A DNA stretch of 57,754 bases, the filler included, from Platydemus manokwari (Eukaryota): NCBI GenBank assembly GCA_037951405.1. It is 6 parts of 6 records of this genome, joined end to end, with 100 filler letters (N's around TTAATTAATTAA, not from the genome) between each part and the next. Parts side by side here need not be neighbours in the genome. Positions count along the whole stretch, not along the records: positions 8,868 to 17,851 come from JBBMOY011319649.1; positions 17,952 to 26,792 come from JBBMOY011341093.1; 4 more parts are not named here. One strand, written 5' to 3'. A model generated the notes under the pieces. That model saw nothing but the letters and a program-made list of their open reading frames with translations. It had not been told where the DNA came from and searched no databases. Of this stretch, positions 12,258 to 25,120 are shown piece after piece. The position numbers were made by a program, and so were the translations under genes. Within the stretch, counting starts at the first letter, position 1; each line of letters opens with the position of its first letter.

Positions 12258-12902
12258 TATCAAGAGTAATTCAAAATAATTTATTTAGCAGCTTTAAAGT
12301 GCACATACTTCCGAAAATTTTCGATTACCACTCGTACCACTAAAAATGCCAGTACACAAACTTTACAATCAGAGATTGAGGAGATGGTGTTTATCGACCA
12401 ATCAAAATAGAAGAACAATTTTACAAATATGAATATCCCAGCAAATAAAATAAAATAATACGCCATAGTTACGATATTTGATAATGGAAGCGGCAGCAGT
12501 TAGAGACTATTAAGAAATTGTCACAAAATGGGAAAAAATGCGGGTCAAAGTACCAACTTAGTGAAAATGATGAAAAATTGGAGAACAGCCTATTCGAAAT
12601 ATTATAAATCAGTGAAGGTAATTCGACCGATTTGAGGATATGAAAACACCAACTAAGAAATATTGCTTGAAATTCGCTATACGAAAATAAAATTGATTGA
12701 TTTACTGCTGAAAGTTAACCCGTATAAATACGAAAGCAACCCAATTAAGATTTACCATTTCGTATAAATTCTTAACAAGTTAAATTGATTACTGACTTGA
12801 ACAGGACGAAGAAATTTTCGAGGAGGATTTTTGAGGAAAATTAGGAAAGCCATTTCGGAAAATAAGAAAATCAGAAATTCTACAAAAGCAGGCTATTTCA
12901 AG

Positions 12903-12903
<1 letters not shown>

Positions 12904-12969
<66 letters not shown>
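12904..12969. repeat. (ATT)n microsatellite, about 22 units
   Basis: Perfect trinucleotide run; source of the poly-Tyr spurious ORF. Confidence 0.97.
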
Positions 12970-14178
12970 GTAAAGGATATTCAAGAATCGGAATTCCGAA
13001 TATCGGTAAAAAGGTAGATTAAAGTGTTAAGCGGACTTAATAGTTCTTAATGCTGGTAAATTTGTTCGTGCCGTATTAGTATTTACGTATTAGTAGTAGG
13101 GCCATAAGCAGATCCTCAACTAGTATTTGCAACTCTGTATTCTGGCGTGACCCGACTTTTATTGACTCATCCATTCAAGCTCTCGACGTTTGTATGAATT
13201 AGCTTTGTTAAATATGCTTGTACAGTGTTTTAATCAATATATCTTAGAGATCATCTTATCTGTCTTTTGGTGTCAGGTTAATAAGTTAACGAGTATTGTT
13301 GTGCTCTACTTCAGGTAGACCCAACAAATATATTTTATCGGATTTATTGCGATACAAATGTGGGGTGTATCGATACAATATAGCTGTTGTTTACAAACCC
13401 ATTAGCTTACATATATTACTTATTTTACAATAAAAACACATATTGATCATTTCTCTCAGAACCGATGGATTTGTAATACAAACACAATCAAGAAAACAAT
13501 TAGTTTGTTTAGCTAATATAAATCAGGAATTTTAAATTTTCAAATCTCGGTGAAAATGATGGGATTTTATTTCGATATAATCGATATCTACCAAGAATCC
13601 AATCTCATGGAATAAAGCAAGTAGAGAAATTAATTCAGCAACTCTTTATTCCCTCGTGATGAATGTTTGTTTTGTAAATATTGAGAATGCTAAATCAATA
13701 ATGACGAATCAATATGAAGAGAACAGCTTTAGTACTTTTAATAACTTCACAATACTTAAACAAAAGATTTTTATGGGAAATTTTGTCCTTTAAAATGATT
13801 AACAGCCAAAGCAATGCCTGTTTAAAAATTTTTATAATCAATATCTTATAATCAATAAACAAATTTAAAATATTGGGTAAATTATCGAATAATTTGCATA
13901 GTTTTAAATTATTTATTTTAAAATCGATTCGATGAGCTAAAATTTACTTTTAACAAATTATTTTTCTTTGATATTTGTGTCATTGTTTAAGTCGATCAAT
14001 TTACTTTAATTAATTGTTTTTGTTTTTCTGTAAATTCTAAATGCAATATAAATGTAATTAATTCTATCGATTTATTAATTGGCAAAATAATTACATTTAT
14101 AGATTTTTTTAAATTCCTAGTCAATAGAATTTATAATCACTGCTTATCACAAATTTCAAATTTTAGAATCAAAAAAGC

Positions 14179-17100
14179 ATGCTAGATATACGCATTTTAC
14201 TCATTAATGGTCAGCACAAAGACTATAAATTCAACTCAGACACTTCAGCCCAAGAGATTTGTAATCATATTTATAACAATTGGCCAGAAGGTATTCTATT
14301 CTAGATTTATCGCTTTTAGTTTGAAAATAGAAGTTTTTCAACAGAATGGGCAGAAAAACCTCATCAGAATATTTTACGGCTTATATATCAGGGACGATTC
14401 TTTATGGATGACACCACATTAGAAAGTAGGTTAAATGTTGAAATTGTCTTTAAAGATTTTGGTTTCTTTCTCAAATCTAATCACCACAGTTGAATATTTA
14501 TATCAGGGCGATAACTAAAATTTCGAGTGCAATGATTAATAAATATCGATTCTAATTGATTTTATATGATTTTATCAATGTTTTTTAATTGATCTAGGTA
14601 ATTTCCAATTGTTTAAGGTGATATAATGTATACAAAGTGATATTTTGGGTTTGTATTTTATTATTGGTCACCATGGTAACAATTTTAGCTCCCATGACAA
14701 CATAATATGAGTTGACCTATAATTATTTATTTGGTAAATAATCGATTTCTGATAGCATTTTTGATTTATTCATTCATGCCCACTGCAAATCAATTGTACT
14801 CGAAAAAATCGATAATAATTGGGAATTTTTTTCGTTTCTTTCATAATATGGCTGTAATGAGTTGGTTTATTTTGTTGTTTTAATTTACAAATGATGATTT
14901 TATAAATATTTTCATAAAAGTGTCGTGAAACAGCTGATCAAGAGAATGAAAAGGAAAAAAAATCAGAAATTTTCCGATTGAAATGCTCGATTTATTTACT
15001 AATGATTGTCAAATCGCTATTGTTTTATAAGGCACGCATTGAAATCGAGCTGAAAGGTCACGACATCGAATTATACATTTAAATGCGATTATTTAAACAA
15101 AATATATTTTTTTAATAAAAATTTTTAAATCAAATTTAAAAATTTTCACATCCCGTTTTCTTTAAAATCTTTGATCTTTTTGTATTCTTAATCGTCTCCC
15201 TTTTTTAATACTCTACATCGGCATAAAAATCTCTAATTCTTCTATCTTATTTATATCGGATTTATATCTTCTCTACATCTTCCTTCTATCTATTTCAAAT
15301 CTTCTTTATATATATACTCAAAATCTTCCACTTCTCTTCCATCATTTTCATTCATTGTTCTTCTCAGAATCGAATCCAAATGCGTGATCGCCATGTAGGC
15401 CGCTACCGTTTTATAAGGCACGCATTGATAAACGAACTTAAAAATAATTTTATATAAAATCTGAATTAAATCTTTAAAAAAATTCTCATATCCCCCTTTC
15501 TTTAAAATCTTTGATCTTTTTGTATTCTTAATCGTCTCTGTATCTAATACTTTATATCTACATAAAAACCTCTAATTCTTCTATCTTCTCTGCGTGGTAT
15601 TTATATCTTCTCTACAGCTTCTTTATATATTCTAAACAACCCCATCTTCCATAATTTTCAGTCATTGATCTTCTCAAAATCGAATCCAAATGCGTGGTCG
15701 CCATGTAAGCCGGTACTGTTTTATAAGGGACGCATAGAAAACAAACCGAAAAATCATGACACCGAATTATTTATTAAAATACAATTATAAAAAACCAATT
15801 AATATAAATTTATATAAAATCTGAAATTAATTTTTAAAAAAATTTAAATCGATTAAAAATTCTCACAATAATAATGTGAGGTTTATTTTAAAGGAAACAA
15901 AATGATTTTTTAAAAATGCGATAAATCATTAAAATTTCCGTAATAGCAAAACTATTGAAAAATGATGTTAAAAATAAATAGACGATATTAATATTTATAA
16001 CAGCCAATGATCTTCCTAGACAATACTGTTAAACTGTGAGTAGTAAAAATAATTAAAATAAAAATGAAATTTTTATTTGAAAACAAGATGCGTGGGAATT
16101 TTTATGTTTTGATAAAAAATGTAGACAAATCTGATGGCACAAAATTTAATTTTGAATTTTAAAAACTGCGATTTAAACATTTAAAATTGATTTGAAAATC
16201 GATAATTAATTATTGTTGTGCTTAAAAAATGAATTCTGATTGAAATGTCGAGGACGAAGAAATTCTGTCAACTAACAGACATAATTAAACTTTATTTAAT
16301 ATTTTTCAGTGATTAAATTGAAAATTAGCGGCTTTTATTTGAATCTCCTTCGATTTAATTGAAAATAAACCAAAGGAAAACGATGTCAAAATTTAATCGA
16401 GCTTAATCTGTGAATAACATCATAAATGAATTCATTATAAATTCATTGAATAAACATCGTTATAAAATAAACAAATAATTTGTCAAATAGTAAGAGAATT
16501 AAAACAAATAATTAAAAATCAATATAGTTTCATAAAACAAACAAATAAGCAGTTAATTGTTATAAAAATAGAAAAGCTATTAATATATTATTTATTAAAT
16601 AATTGAAATATTTAATTATTGAAATAAATCAATAAATTAATATTCAATCAATAATTTAATTAAAAATATTCAATTAATACAATTACACAGTCGATCAGAT
16701 TTTGTTTCAAATCAATTGATTGTTATAAATATAAATTATAAATCATTATTAAGTCCCGGATGGTAGAGCAAGACCAGAATAGATTTGGCTCCAATCGGTG
16801 ACCATATGGAATAATGAAATCAATTTAAAACAAAAAATTTAAATTTAAAATATATTTATTCATTTCGAGTTCATTTGAATATCTTAAAATTGATTACTTG
16901 TCAAGAAGTGTTCAATTGCAACCACTTATTTGTTTTAATTAAAACAATAAATTCTCTTTAATCAATTGAGTTAAAACATTTTACAAAAAATTTGAAAAAA
17001 TATCCGTAACTAGAATATTTTTATGAAATTAATAAATCAATAATAAATTGAAAATTCAATATATTAAATCAATAAATTTATATCAAACTTTTATTTAATA

Positions 17101-17400
17101 ATTTAAAACAAAAAATTAAATAGAAATGGAAAAAAATGTGATTATTTTTGAAAGATATTTTTACAATCGATTATTGGATCGATATTTTATGAGATTTTAA
17201 ATTCTGTATTATATTTTCTCATTCCTGAATAATCGACAATCAAATTAATGATTTGTCTAAAATTTTCTATGAAAAAATGTAAAATAATTTCATATTTTTG
17301 ATTCGATTTTAATTTCTCACTGCAGGCATGAATATCTCATCAGAAACTACTGTTATTCATCTTGTAATGCGAGAAAGTGTACCTAAACCTGCTAAGCAAG
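14179..17400 (+). CDS. UBL3: Ubiquitin-like protein 3 (UBL3/MUB), three exons; terminal CAAX exon not found
   Basis: Exons 14179-14290 (acceptor AG at 14165-14166, so an upstream exon may exist), 14345-14425, 17326-17400: MLDIRILLINGQHKDYKFNSDTSAQEICNHIYNNWPEEWAEKPHQNILRLIYQGRFFMDDTTLESMNISSETTVIHLVMRESVPKPAKQ. NWP..W, ILRLIYQGRF and TTVxHLVxRE are UBL3 hallmarks. Not in the ORF track in the correct frame. Confidence 0.9.
15015..15866. repeat. Tandem repeat of a 310-390-bp unit, about 2.4 copies, inside the UBL3 intron
   Basis: Units start near 15015, 15401 and 15711 (CGxTAYYGTTTTATAAGGxACGCAT). Shared blocks TTTCTTTAAAATCTTTGATCTTTTTGTATTCTTAATCGTCTC and AATCGAATCCAAATGCGTG. Confidence 0.9.
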
Positions 17401-17585
17401 GTCAGTGTAATAATGGATAATTATATATCATTTCATCATGAATTAATCGTTTCTTCAAACTTTGTTTTATTTTCTTAATTATATCGACTGAATTTTTATT
17501 TGGCACATCATCCTACAATGGTAATGCTCCATTACAAAATTGAGCTGGTAATTAGCAAGAGCATATTTTCATAAAGCTATAATTA

Positions 17586-17851
17586 TAAGGTGTTACTAGA
17601 ATGAAATCTTCCCTTACCTCACAATAAGCAATGATGTAATCCGATTGATTTTTTTATCGAGCTATTAATCCAATGACAAATCAATTCGATATTCTCATAT
17701 CTTTCCCAAACAGAATCTTTTCTTAGATTTGTCATGAATGATCACAAGCAGTATATGTGAATTGACTATCATTGATCAAAGAACACTTGGCACGCTTCTT
17801 CAACTTCATCAAACGACTCAAACCTGCGTCCTTTCAGAAATTGTTGCATTG
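17586..17851 (-). mobile_element. Mariner transposase 3' fragment cut by the assembly gap
   Basis: Reverse strand reads MQQFLKGRRFESFDEVEEACQVFFDQ, typical of the mariner C-terminus after the YHLFRS motif. TA-flanked terminal-like sequence TAAGGTGTTAC at 17586. Confidence 0.7.
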
Positions 17852-17951
17852 NNNNNNNNNNNNNNNNNNNNNNNNNNNNNNNNNNNNNNNNNNNNTTAAT
17901 TAATTAANNNNNNNNNNNNNNNNNNNNNNNNNNNNNNNNNNNNNNNNNNNN
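17852..17951. other. Artificial contig-join spacer
   Basis: 44N-TTAATTAATTAA-44N. Confidence 0.97.
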
Positions 17952-18198
17952 AGAGAATTATATTTACAATAAAGACACGTTTTTTAAAGAATATTTTTCT
18001 TTCAAACTATTACAATAGTTGTGATTGATCTATGAATTCTACGAAATCTGATTCATAAATTTATTTAGTAAGAGAAATCACAAATGTTCTAAAAATAGAA
18101 TTATTCAAAATTATTCTAAGAAATAACGCTGCAAATGAAATGATAAAATCAAGAATCAATTCTCAAAAACCTAAAATGATATTTCTGAATAATTAATA

Positions 18199-19294
18199 CA
18201 GCCAATCCCCATTAATCTGAACTTCAATAATTCGATAACTTCATATTCGAAAAAAAATATTTATTTCGTCAATTTTCGAACGTTTCCAGACAAATTTGAT
18301 TCATTAATCCGAAATTTCATGATCCGCAACCTGAAAGCTTATTTTTGAATTAAATTTTAAATAATTTTTAAAAGTTTTGAGTTGATGTTGTTTAAATATT
18401 AAGCTTGTTTACAATTTTAATTTATTTAAATGAAATATCCAAATGGCTAGAAAAAGAACAGAAATTACAATTCATCAAAAGGCGAAAATTTGTGCAATAA
18501 ATGAATCAAAGAAAATGCCGTTGAGTGAATTGACTCAAATTCAACATAAGAGAATTAAACCTGGACCTAAGAATTTCTACGTCATCCAAAATTTTGCAAG
18601 AAAAAGAGAAATGGGAAAATTCTGAAAGCTCAAACACTTACTCCAGACAATCTTCGAAAATTCATTCTCTACTTAAGAATTCATTGATCGAATGGATATC
18701 TTGAATGAATGCGATAAATGGTTACGTGGCTGGTGAAATTATCATTACAAAAGCAAAGGAATTTGGACAAAAACTAGATGTCGATAACCTGCAATTCAGT
18801 CAAGGTTGGCTCTACAGATTCAAAAATCGATTTAATCTGAAATTGAAAATTTTTCTATTGAGAAGCAAATTTAATGAATATACCCAGAAGTTATACTTAA
18901 TATGAACGAACTGAACTTTTTTAAAGCATTTCCTACAATAACGATTTCATCAAATGAAAGATGGTCAGGTCGATGACAGTTACAACATAGGTCCAATCAA
19001 TTTATTCCTTTCAATTGAAATTGTCATCAAAGCAAGCTCTTCAAACAACTGTACTCAAAAAATAACCAATGATACAATAAAAAATTTAAAAAAGTAAAAG
19101 TTGATTTATAGAAATTCATTCAAAAGAAAACTCTAGAAAAAACTAGAAAATTTTTTTAAAAAATAATTGATTTTTACTTTTTATTAACATCATTATGGTG
19201 ATCATATAGATTTTAAATTTCTTCATTATCCGAATCAATTTACAATTCGAAAGGAAATCTATTTCTAATTTTTCGGATTAATGAGGGCTGACTG
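18199..19294 (+). mobile_element. Tigger/pogo DNA transposon, internally deleted, both TIRs and TA target duplications present
   Basis: Left TA|CAGCCAATCCCCATTAATCTGAA versus reverse complement of right end TA|CAGTCAGCCCTCATTAATCCGAA. CENP-B-type HTH fragments MARKRTEITIHQKAKIC and KAKEFGQKL...FSQGWLYRFKNR; first catalytic motif relic (LNMNE) near 18897-18911. Confidence 0.9.
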
Positions 19295-20270
19295 TATATC
19301 ATTTATTTTATATTTTATTTTATTGATGATAATTTTGGCGAAGTTGTACATCAATGTCACTAAGAATATTTGTTGATTGTTTAGATGACTTATACTACAG
19401 ATTGGATGATTTAAAGAAGTCATCATACTGTTGGGTACAAAACTCAATTCAAATAATAATAATAATAATAATAATAATCCCAAATAATATTTTCGCAAAA
19501 TAAGTTCTAAAAATAAAAGAAAATTATAAAAATTACATTTACTAGAATCTTTATGCAAGGTCCCATTTATTTTCTCAATATAAATTCACTGTTATATTAA
19601 TTTTGTAGAGTCTAAAAATCTATTATTTAAATAATGAAATGATATATATTTTTCATCCGCATTTTCTATAGGTCAGTATTTTGTGTTAGGCGTTTCATTA
19701 TTTGGTTAAAAACATACGGAAATCATAATTATTATAATTATGAAAGTAACTCGATTTGAAAATATTTCTTGTTTAGTCTCCATTTAAAATCTTTTAATGG
19801 TGAAATGACAAAAATTTTAAATTAAAGAAAACAAAAATTAATAGTATCGGACATAAGGTTTAGGCTTAAATTGTAGAAAAATGCCCTAAAATAAAATTTG
19901 AAATTTGTTGAGTGTATTGCAAAAATCTGTGTAATTTATTTAATCATATTCTTTAAGAATATTTTACATTTTTTTATTTAAGTACCTAATAAGAATTTTA
20001 GTTGTTTGAAATCAAATATTAAATGCACTAGAGCTTCAAAATTTCTTAAAATTTAATTATTTGAAAAGAGATTAAAGTAGGTCGAAGCAAATTGAGAGAT
20101 ACTCTTAATTTATACAGTTATTTTATAAAAATAAGCAACGATATTATTAAATATATCTGTAATTAACTAACTCGATTTATAATTAAAAATTTTTAATTTA
20201 AAAACTCAAATAATCATGTAGAAATGTAGTGATTAGAATAAGAAATTGGTTTTAAAACTATGTTCTAGCA

Positions 20271-20393
20271 CTAGGGTGGCCAACCGGTCGATCGCGATCG
20301 ACTGGTTGGTCTTGAAGCCAATTTTAGTCTATCGCGTGAGATGTTATTCAAATGAAAAGCCGATCTTACGTACGCAAAAGTTGGCCACCTCTG
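20271..20393. mobile_element. hAT-type MITE, 123 bp
   Basis: TIRs CTAGGGTGGCCAAC / GTTGGCCACCTCTG. 8-bp flanks TTCTAGCA and TTTTAGCA (7/8 match) consistent with a hAT target duplication. Confidence 0.8.
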
Positions 20394-23300
20394 TTTTAGC
20401 ATATAAGACATACTGTAAAGTGAAGTATTAACTGAATTATACGATTAAATCAATCATTACAATTATATATAAAATTAAGTTAGAAAATCATCTCATTCGC
20501 GAAAATTCATTATTACGAAATAAGTTCAAAGGACCTTTTTTACTAACTAAGTGAAAAATTAGGTTAATAAACTTAAAAATAACACAAGAGATTAATAAAG
20601 GTTTATTGATTCAAACAAAATGATGGCAGATGTTTTACCAAACTTAAATTTTATTATGCAGAACTTTTAATTTAATATTTAAGTGGATATCAATTACTAC
20701 ATATATAAATTAATTATTTCAGAAATAAGAGTATCATTTTCTCATTGATTTCTTTGTGTACATTATCAACTTTATCTGTTTTATTCTCGTTTCCATTTTT
20801 TGTTATTTTAAAATTATTTAACCTTAAATTGTCATTTATTAGCATAAACAAATTAATTAAATAAATTTCCAATCACATATTTCATGTAGAATTAAACACT
20901 TCTTTCACTTGAACCATATTATTATCAAGGACATTACCAATCCTTTACCTAAACAATACAAATCGTACGATAATACTTGTTCAAACAATTCACTATTAGT
21001 TCGTGTGTTGAAATGAATTAATAAAATTATTCGTTCACCTCACAGTATTCAAATACATCGTAATTGATAACTCATAAAAATAATAAATATAATCTTATTA
21101 TATTAGTTTATGATACCCATTGACACCATTTGTCAGGAGTATTTTTATAATTTATGATTATGTCCTCTTTCGTTTTTAGCTTTGTTTAACTTTATTATCT
21201 CACGCATCATTAACATCTAAATATAAATCATTAGCTAAACCTTATAAATCAAAATTATTACTTTTATTAATTTTATATTACTAATAATTTTCGTTGAAAT
21301 TCTAAATGAAAATAGTGTAGACATCACCATTTTCACTGAATTAATAAATGAAGGAATCTTAGATTATAAACAGTTGCAATGCACTCTATCTTCTATTTAT
21401 GTTTCAAAAAATTCAATAAAATATTTTTTTTTAATTAAAATATTTTTATTGATTTTGTGTGTTTTATCAATTAAATCAATATTCATTTTATAATGTTAAA
21501 TCAAATTATTATTTATTGATTATAATAATTATTAAAATGTTTAGTTGAATACAAATTATTAGTCGATCAGCCACATATTGTGTATTGATTATTGCTTACC
21601 ACGTGTAAATTATCATTACCCATATATTGATTATATTGGGCTTTTATTAATGTGAATGTTGAGACTTGAATAATGAAATTTTCGATAATTATTTCCAAAA
21701 TTTTAACCCACCTTAATAAAGAGCTTGATTTATAATAATCCGAATTGTTAAGTAACATAAGTAAAGGAGTTCTTAATAAAATGTAAAATGTTAAACCAAA
21801 AACTTTGATATAAATCATGTAAAAAGATAAAAATAACTGAGCACAATCAAACAATATTAAATTAAAATAAAAATTGTTAAATTGAAATCAATACTGGTTT
21901 TTTTAACGAATAGACCTACAGGAATCAGAATGTTTCTAACTACTGGCAGGAACCTTCGCGGGATAACATGAAAATGGGGAAATTTTAAAAGGCTAAGAAA
22001 CAACAAAATACCTATCGTATTTATATATAGGCACAGAACTGTATGGATAATATGACTATTTGATTATACTATTTGATGTATTTTTGCGAGAAATATTTCT
22101 TCCGATTTATCTCTTTAATAGTGTTATTGAATTCAATCGAAGTTGGATTTTGAAATGGAAAATTTCTAGTCGATTTCAATCATTAACCTAAGATTTGAAC
22201 TCAAATTTGAATAGAAAAGCTCGATGATTTACTGCTTTCTTTAAAATATTTCATTCATCTATTCCAGAAACCTCGATTTAAGGGTTCAGGTAGACTAAAA
22301 AGACAAATTCTGTTGTGCCGAGAATAACACAGACATTATTTATTCGGATTGATTTGATTGGAAAATATTTTAATTTCATTTTTCAAAATAATTATTATGA
22401 GCAATATAATATTTCTCAAATTTTTATTCAGCATTATCAGAAAAATCGATAATGTGAAAAATAAATTTAAAAGCAATTTAAAATATTTTTTTCAACGTAA
22501 AATTTTAATCCGAAGAGTTAACTTTTGGAGAAAAAAAATGCTAAAACGAATGGATAAATTATAAATAACATTTAATCCTGAAAAAAAAATGCTATTTCGA
22601 ATTCAACAAAATGGTTGGATCTTGTAAATAACTCAATTTTATCTTGCTATTATTTTAATAAATTATTTGAATAAAATTTCAAATATGCGCGCAAATACAA
22701 GAAAATAATTTTACAATTTCTCCAGACTAATTTGAAATCTTAAGATTGTTATCGAATTTAATTTCATTTAATTGTCATCCATTTATATCTGATAATAAAT
22801 TTTCAATTAAATTTTAGTTTTATTTTGATTTTTTTTACCCATTTACAAATGATATTTTCAATTAAATCAAGGTGGGTTTTTCATTATTTTCTCCATTGAT
22901 TTTTCGGATCATTTTTAGTAGTATTGTTTATTTTCATTCACAAAGTTACTAGCATATAGGAAATAATTTTCCAATCGATTTCGTCTTGAGAAATCATCTC
23001 GAAACTATCATTCTGATCGTAATTAACGTTTTTGATAACACTGTTCTTTGAAAGCAATATATTATTGATAAAATATATTTAGATGAACACATTACGGCAA
23101 AGTAAAAGATTCTTTCCAAAATTATATGATATAATGGTCCTTTAGTTGAGCTATTGCTCAGATTTCTTTTAACCTTGTATTGTTTTCATATAATATTTTA
23201 ATGCTACCATTATGTTCATTAAAAATGCAGCTAAAGTTACGAAAGGAAGTCTTAAAATAAAATTATGTAGTGCATTTTATTATATTCATTATTAGAAAAG

Positions 23301-23449
23301 TATATCCAAGCATATCATATAGCAATTCATTTAAAATTTAGTGAGTAGCTTTTCTTTGTCCATATCAGAAGGAAGCAGAGAGATTCTAAATTTCTACTTA
23401 TAGAAACTTCATTTTACAATTCAAATCTCTCACTAATTAATCATTTAAA

Positions 23450-25120
23450 CACCAGGCAGCCTCTTTAGCCAATCGACCGATTTTATTTTGATACCATTTG
23501 AAAATTAAATCTCCATTTGACATTCTGATATCAAACCTTTAATTTCGTAGGGGCCATCATATTGATAATTTTAGATTTTCAGTTGAAGTCTGTCAGTACT
23601 TTCCTTTCATCTAATCTTCGAGTTGATATCCGGTTTACTCTGGATTTGTGCTAAATATCTTGCTTTTTGCGTTCTCAGTTTTGGGAAAATTGTGATTGCT
23701 TTGGTACTATTTTTCTCTCGCGTAGCTATGGCCCTCATAGTTCAATGTTGTACTCCAATAGAATGACCATCCATGTTTGAAACTGAATTTAAGGTTGTAT
23801 AGTGTGTCGCATACACATAATGTCTGAAATACATAACAATTTCATGGCTTGTTAATTGTCGATCCGTATTCTGTAATCTGAATTAGCACTGTATCAGTTG
23901 CTTCAAATTCATAATAAATATTGTTTTTCCGAGATAATTCATGAAGGGATGCTTTACACAAAGCTGTCTTCAACGTCATGAAACTTTCTCGGCATGCTTG
24001 ATCACTGTGAAGACTTATGATTTCCAGATAACGCAGGATACGGAGGTGATGTTATCTTTGTATCGTCTTCGATGAATCTTATGTGGTAACTTGAAGCACC
24101 CAAAAATGATCTTCAGAATATCTGAATATCTGAATGAATTTATCTTCAATTCACACTTCTTGTAACATATATTCTTTATGTTCTTCCCATGTTTCGGTAA
24201 ATATAAATAAATCATCGAGGTAAACGACAACCTCTTTGGGTAAAAAACATCTAAAATAATGATATCTCAATTTTGCAGTAGTAGTCAAACCGAACGCAAG
24301 TTTCTTGAAACAAAATTTGCCAGTCTTTATACTAAAAGCTATAACTTTCTGCGAATCTTCTGCAAGTACTGCATTTGACCGTGGTCGATCGAAGAGAAAG
24401 TCTTTGCAACAGATAAACAGCCTATAAGCATGTGAAGATATTTGGAATGTAAATTTCTTTGCCATTTCATTTAGTTCACAAAAATTCACATACATACGAA
24501 TTGATCCGTCTTTCTCACAATAATAACTAGTGTCGAGTTCCACTGGATATCGAATGGTCTAGTCACTAACTCGCAAAAAATACGAAACTGGTTCAACAAT
24601 TTTCCTCTTCAGATGCATTATGGTCTTCTCAAATTTTAAAACATTGGACTTCCAGTGGTTAAGATTCGAGCATATTGCTTTATTAATTTACCAATCTCAC
24701 TACCTTTATCTAACTTATATACTTTAATTGCGTATTTTATGCGGCCATGATCCGAAAATTCTGCTTTTATATCTCACGATTTCATTCTGTTTAACTCGAA
24801 TTCTGAATGCATTCGTCATGCCTATATCTTCATAAATGAAGGTAAAATTATTTTATTACGTTAATGCTTCAAAACTACTGTTATTTTGGCATAACCTCTT
24901 GGTCGTTCTCCGTTTGTGGAAAATTTCATCCAAAACTCTTTCTTCGCAAAGCTATCAGAAGCACTAGAGTCCCATAGTATCTGAGTCCCATCCATGCTCT
25001 AATTTCTTTTATCATTCTTCTCTATACATTTCTATTTTTGTTATTATCACTTCTTACTTATTCTAATTCACTGACAGAATGTGAGAAACAATATAATCCT
25101 GGCTTTGAATCATTTGTCTG
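23450..25120 (-). mobile_element. Decayed, internally deleted Ty3/Gypsy pol remnant
   Basis: In Gypsy order: protease-like LWDSSASDSF (about 24985-24950), RT KDGSIRM...LAFGL...VYLDDL (ORF 24151-24543), integrase C-terminal DGPYEI (about 23558-23541). Boundaries approximate. Confidence 0.85.

Noticed and set aside
12831-13022. Poly-Tyr ORF, and the poly-Leu ORF at 26595-26840
   Set aside because: Translation of (TTA)n microsatellites.
12970-13400. Possible LINE 3' end with a (TAA)n tail on the minus strand
   Set aside because: Position next to the microsatellite is suggestive, but no clear RT or RNase H motif could be read.
16752-16790. tRNA-Lys-like 5' fragment (CCCGGAT...GGTAGAGCA)
   Set aside because: No cloverleaf, T-loop or B-box; too short to support a tRNA or SINE.
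21567-22190. Possible small spliced minus-strand gene
   Set aside because: Splice-like sites exist, but joined frames are short, contain stops and show no recognisable domain.
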